Shown here: one piece after another, positions 30,115 through 32,000 of the stretch | How the letters are laid out: each line of letters starts with the position of its first letter | How positions within the stretch are numbered: position 1 is the stretch's first letter | Source of the DNA: Trichlorobacter lovleyi SZ | Lineage (GTDB): Bacteria; Desulfobacterota; Desulfuromonadia; Geobacterales; Pseudopelobacteraceae | Direction of reading: 5' to 3' | Assembly (NCBI RefSeq): GCF_000020385.1 | Contig: NC_010814.1 | Location: 3,420,001-3,452,000, forward strand | Length of the DNA: 32,000 bases | Made by a program: the position numbers and the translations under genes | The notes under the pieces: model-generated | Database searches by the model: none | Seen by the model: only the letters and a program-made list of their open reading frames with translations | What the model was told of the DNA's origin: nothing

Positions 30115-30248
30115 TTCTTTCCCTCCAGCACGGAGCTTTTCTCATCAGACAGGGCGTAGAGTACGTAGATGCGGCGGTCGGATTTGAACTCCACGTCAAA
30201 CTGTTCGCCTTTGGAGATTATGTCAGTCAGTTGGTCAAGGGTTATCAT
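30111..30248 (-). CDS. 45-codon ORF translationally coupled to the DUF1016 gene (below the ORF-track cut-off)
   Basis: Hand translation: MITLDQLTDIISKGEQFDVEFKSDRRIYVLYALSDEKSSVLEGKK. ATGA overlap with the DUF1016 start (30111-30114). SD-like GGGGGA lies upstream. The first ~23 aa resemble the N-terminus of AlbA_2/Schlafen-type DNA-binding domains (GE..vEFKS). Confidence 0.35.
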   Translation of the reverse strand: MITLDQLTDIISKGEQFDVEFKSDRRIYVLYALSDEKSSVLEGKK

Positions 30249-30303
30249 TTTTTCCCCCTGCCAGCGTACTCTTGATACCTGAACTGGACACGGTCACCTC
30301 ACC

Positions 30304-30343
30304 AAATAAAAAAGCAGAGAGCAACATCTCTGTCGCTCTCTGC
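30304..30343 (-). terminator. Rho-independent terminator after the second kup gene
   Basis: On the minus strand: GCAGAGAGC - 12-nt loop - GCTCTCTGC followed by TTTTTTATTT. It is 36 nt downstream of the kup stop (30379). Confidence 0.7.
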
Positions 30344-30378
30344 CTGTATACCCCAAGACGGCCTGTTTGACCAGCCCG

Positions 30379-32000
30379 CTACATCTCCACCCGCGTTACC
30401 ACCCCCTGCAGCCGGCTGGCAGGCAGCTTGTTAAACTGCACAAAGTTGGGGGTCTGGCGCTTGATGGTGGCAAACAGCTTCCAGACCGGGTTGGGGGTAC
30501 TGATATCTTCCACCCCGTAGAAAATCACCTTCTCCTTGATCCCGTGCTGCTGCAGCAGTGTCTCAATCTCCAGATGTTCCATATAGCCGGCGTGAATCTC
30601 AAAGGCATCCAGTCCGGTGGCGATGCCGGTTTTAAGTTCCGACACCAGACCAAACGGCTCGTCAGTCCGCACAATGGAAATAAAGACGTTACGTTCATAG
30701 ATAATATTGCTGCGGATGATGCAATGCACCACATAGGGGGGTACCACATTGTACTCCTTCACAAAAAACAGGCCGGTGCCGGGGATGTTGCGCCCTTTGG
30801 CGTAGATCTGCTCATAGGCCAGCTCAAAGGTGTCCAGCTCCAGCGGACGCAGGGCGCGGTACAGGGCCCGCTGTCCCTTGGTCCAGACCAGAATGGTGAT
30901 AAACGGCACCGAGGCCAGGATGATTGACCAGTAGCCGCCATGTGGCAGCTTGTGCAGGCAGGCGGTAAAAAACACCAGATCCACCACGGTGATCAGGGCG
31001 GCAAAGACCGCCTTCCAGGCCTTGGTGGTGCGGGAGAGGATCAGGATCATCATGATGCCGGTGATACTCATGGAACCGGTCACGGCCAGACCGTAGGCCG
31101 CTGCCAGATTTTCTGACTTCTGGAACACCAGCATGATCACCACCACCGCAATCATCAGCATCCAGTTGACCGAGCCGATGTAGATCTGTGATTTCAGATG
31201 ACTGGAGGTATAGTCCACCTTCAGAAGCGGCAGGATGCGGGTGGTGATCCCCTGGTAGACAATTGAAAAGACCCCGCTGATCATGGCCTGGGAGGCGATG
31301 ATGGTGGCCAGGATAGTCAGGATCAGGAACGGGATATACAGCAGCGGCGCCTGATGCTGCACCATACCGAACAGGTAGTTCTTGGCGCCGGGGTGGGAGA
31401 TGATGAAGGCCCCCTGGCCCAGATAGTTGAGGTACAGCGCCCAGAAGACAATATACCAGGCCCGCACAATCGGCTTGCGCCCCAGATGGCCCATGTCGGC
31501 ATACAGTGCCTCACCGCCGGTGGCACAGAGGATCACCTCGGACAGCACAATGAACCCGGCCAGACCGTTGTCCAGTAGAAACTGCAGGGCGTAATGGGGG
31601 CTGACCGCAAACAGCACGGTGGGGTGCGAGGCAACCGAGACCGCACCGGAAAGCGCCAGGGAGGCAAACCAGACGACCATGATCGGCCCGAAGGCACCGG
31701 CCACCTTGTCAGTCCCCTTGAACTGGAAGACAAACAGTCCCACCGCGATAATAGCAGCGATCAGGATCAGCCAGGACTGGTGCAGCCCACCCAGGCCGGG
31801 AATCAACACCATCCCCTCAACCGCCGAGAGGATCGAAATGGCCGGGGTGATCACCCCGTCTCCCATCAACAGACTGACCCCCAGATAGGTCAGAAAGACC
31901 ACAAAGGTAAGCTGGCGCCCCGGCCTGATCATCCTGGCCAGGATCTCCTTCAGCACGATTGCGCCCCCCTCTCCCTTGCGCCCCAGCCGCATGGCCAGCC
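30379..32000 (-). CDS. kup: KUP/HAK/KT-family potassium uptake transporter, second paralog (N-terminal ~70 codons off-window)
   Basis: The frame is open to the window edge. The 537 aa visible align along their whole length with residues ~70-606 of the first Kup (e.g. GDGVITPAISILSAVEG, CATGGEALYADMGHLGRKPIVRAWY, LQGVVTRVEM). Confidence 0.9.
   Translation of the reverse strand, partial: LAMRLGRKGEGGAIVLKEILARMIRPGRQLTFVVFLTYLGVSLLMGDGVITPAISILSAVEGMVLIPGLGGLHQSWLILIAAIIAVGLFVFQFKGTDKVAGAFGPIMVVWFASLALSGAVSVASHPTVLFAVSPHYALQFLLDNGLAGFIVLSEVILCATGGEALYADMGHLGRKPIVRAWYIVFWALYLNYLGQGAFIISHPGAKNYLFGMVQHQAPLLYIPFLILTILATIIASQAMISGVFSIVYQGITTRILPLLKVDYTSSHLKSQIYIGSVNWMLMIAVVVIMLVFQKSENLAAAYGLAVTGSMSITGIMMILILSRTTKAWKAVFAALITVVDLVFFTACLHKLPHGGYWSIILASVPFITILVWTKGQRALYRALRPLELDTFELAYEQIYAKGRNIPGTGLFFVKEYNVVPPYVVHCIIRSNIIYERNVFISIVRTDEPFGLVSELKTGIATGLDAFEIHAGYMEHLEIETLLQQHGIKEKVIFYGVEDISTPNPVWKLFATIKRQTPNFVQFNKLPASRLQGVVTRVEM

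Noticed and set aside
1-32000. Scan for CRISPR arrays, tRNA/rRNA genes, IS elements, integrases and long tandem repeats
   Set aside because: I saw no regularly spaced direct repeats, cloverleaf-like or rRNA-like segments, or transposase/integrase-like ORFs. The only dispersed repeat is the two-copy intergenic element reported above. A by-eye scan can miss small RNAs.

Overview
This is a 32-kb chromosomal segment from a moderately high-GC bacterium, probably Geobacter/Desulfuromonadales-like (inferred from gene content only). I saw no rRNA, tRNA, CRISPR array, transposase or integrase.

Left third (1-9593, minus strand): a Pel exopolysaccharide operon colinear with Pseudomonas aeruginosa pelABCDEF. 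pelF is cut by the window edge and pelG is off-window. PelB is encoded as two translationally coupled ORFs. The operon is flanked by a DksA homologue with an ~80-aa Ala/Lys/Pro-rich N-terminal extension, a DUF362/4Fe-4S protein, and a REC-PAS-GGDEF diguanylate cyclase with an I-site.

Middle:
- a membrane-anchored or secreted TPR protein with a polycationic Lys/Ser tail, followed by a strong terminator;
- a ~1128-aa cytoplasmic GH13-type enzyme translationally coupled to an unassigned outer-membrane-type protein;
- a stand-alone HDOD protein, def-fmt-DUF116, and a PP-loop ATPase.

Right:
- a PilB/GspE/MshE-like protein in which all ATPase motifs are degenerate but a tandem MshEN-type c-di-GMP-binding signature and the tetracysteine site are kept, followed 24 nt later by a canonical PilT;
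- two tandem kup K+ transporter paralogs separated by a low-GC insertion carrying a DUF1016/YhcG PD-(D/E)xK nuclease gene and a 45-codon ORF.

Most noteworthy candidates:
1. the pseudo-ATPase MshEN-PilT pair;
2. the GH13 / outer-membrane-protein pair;
3. the split PelB;
4. a ~65-80-nt repeat family with a conserved hairpin in two convergent intergenic spacers.

c-di-GMP components recur across the window: the PelD receptor, the GGDEF cyclase and the MshEN motif. All functional calls come from motif recognition by eye and need database confirmation.
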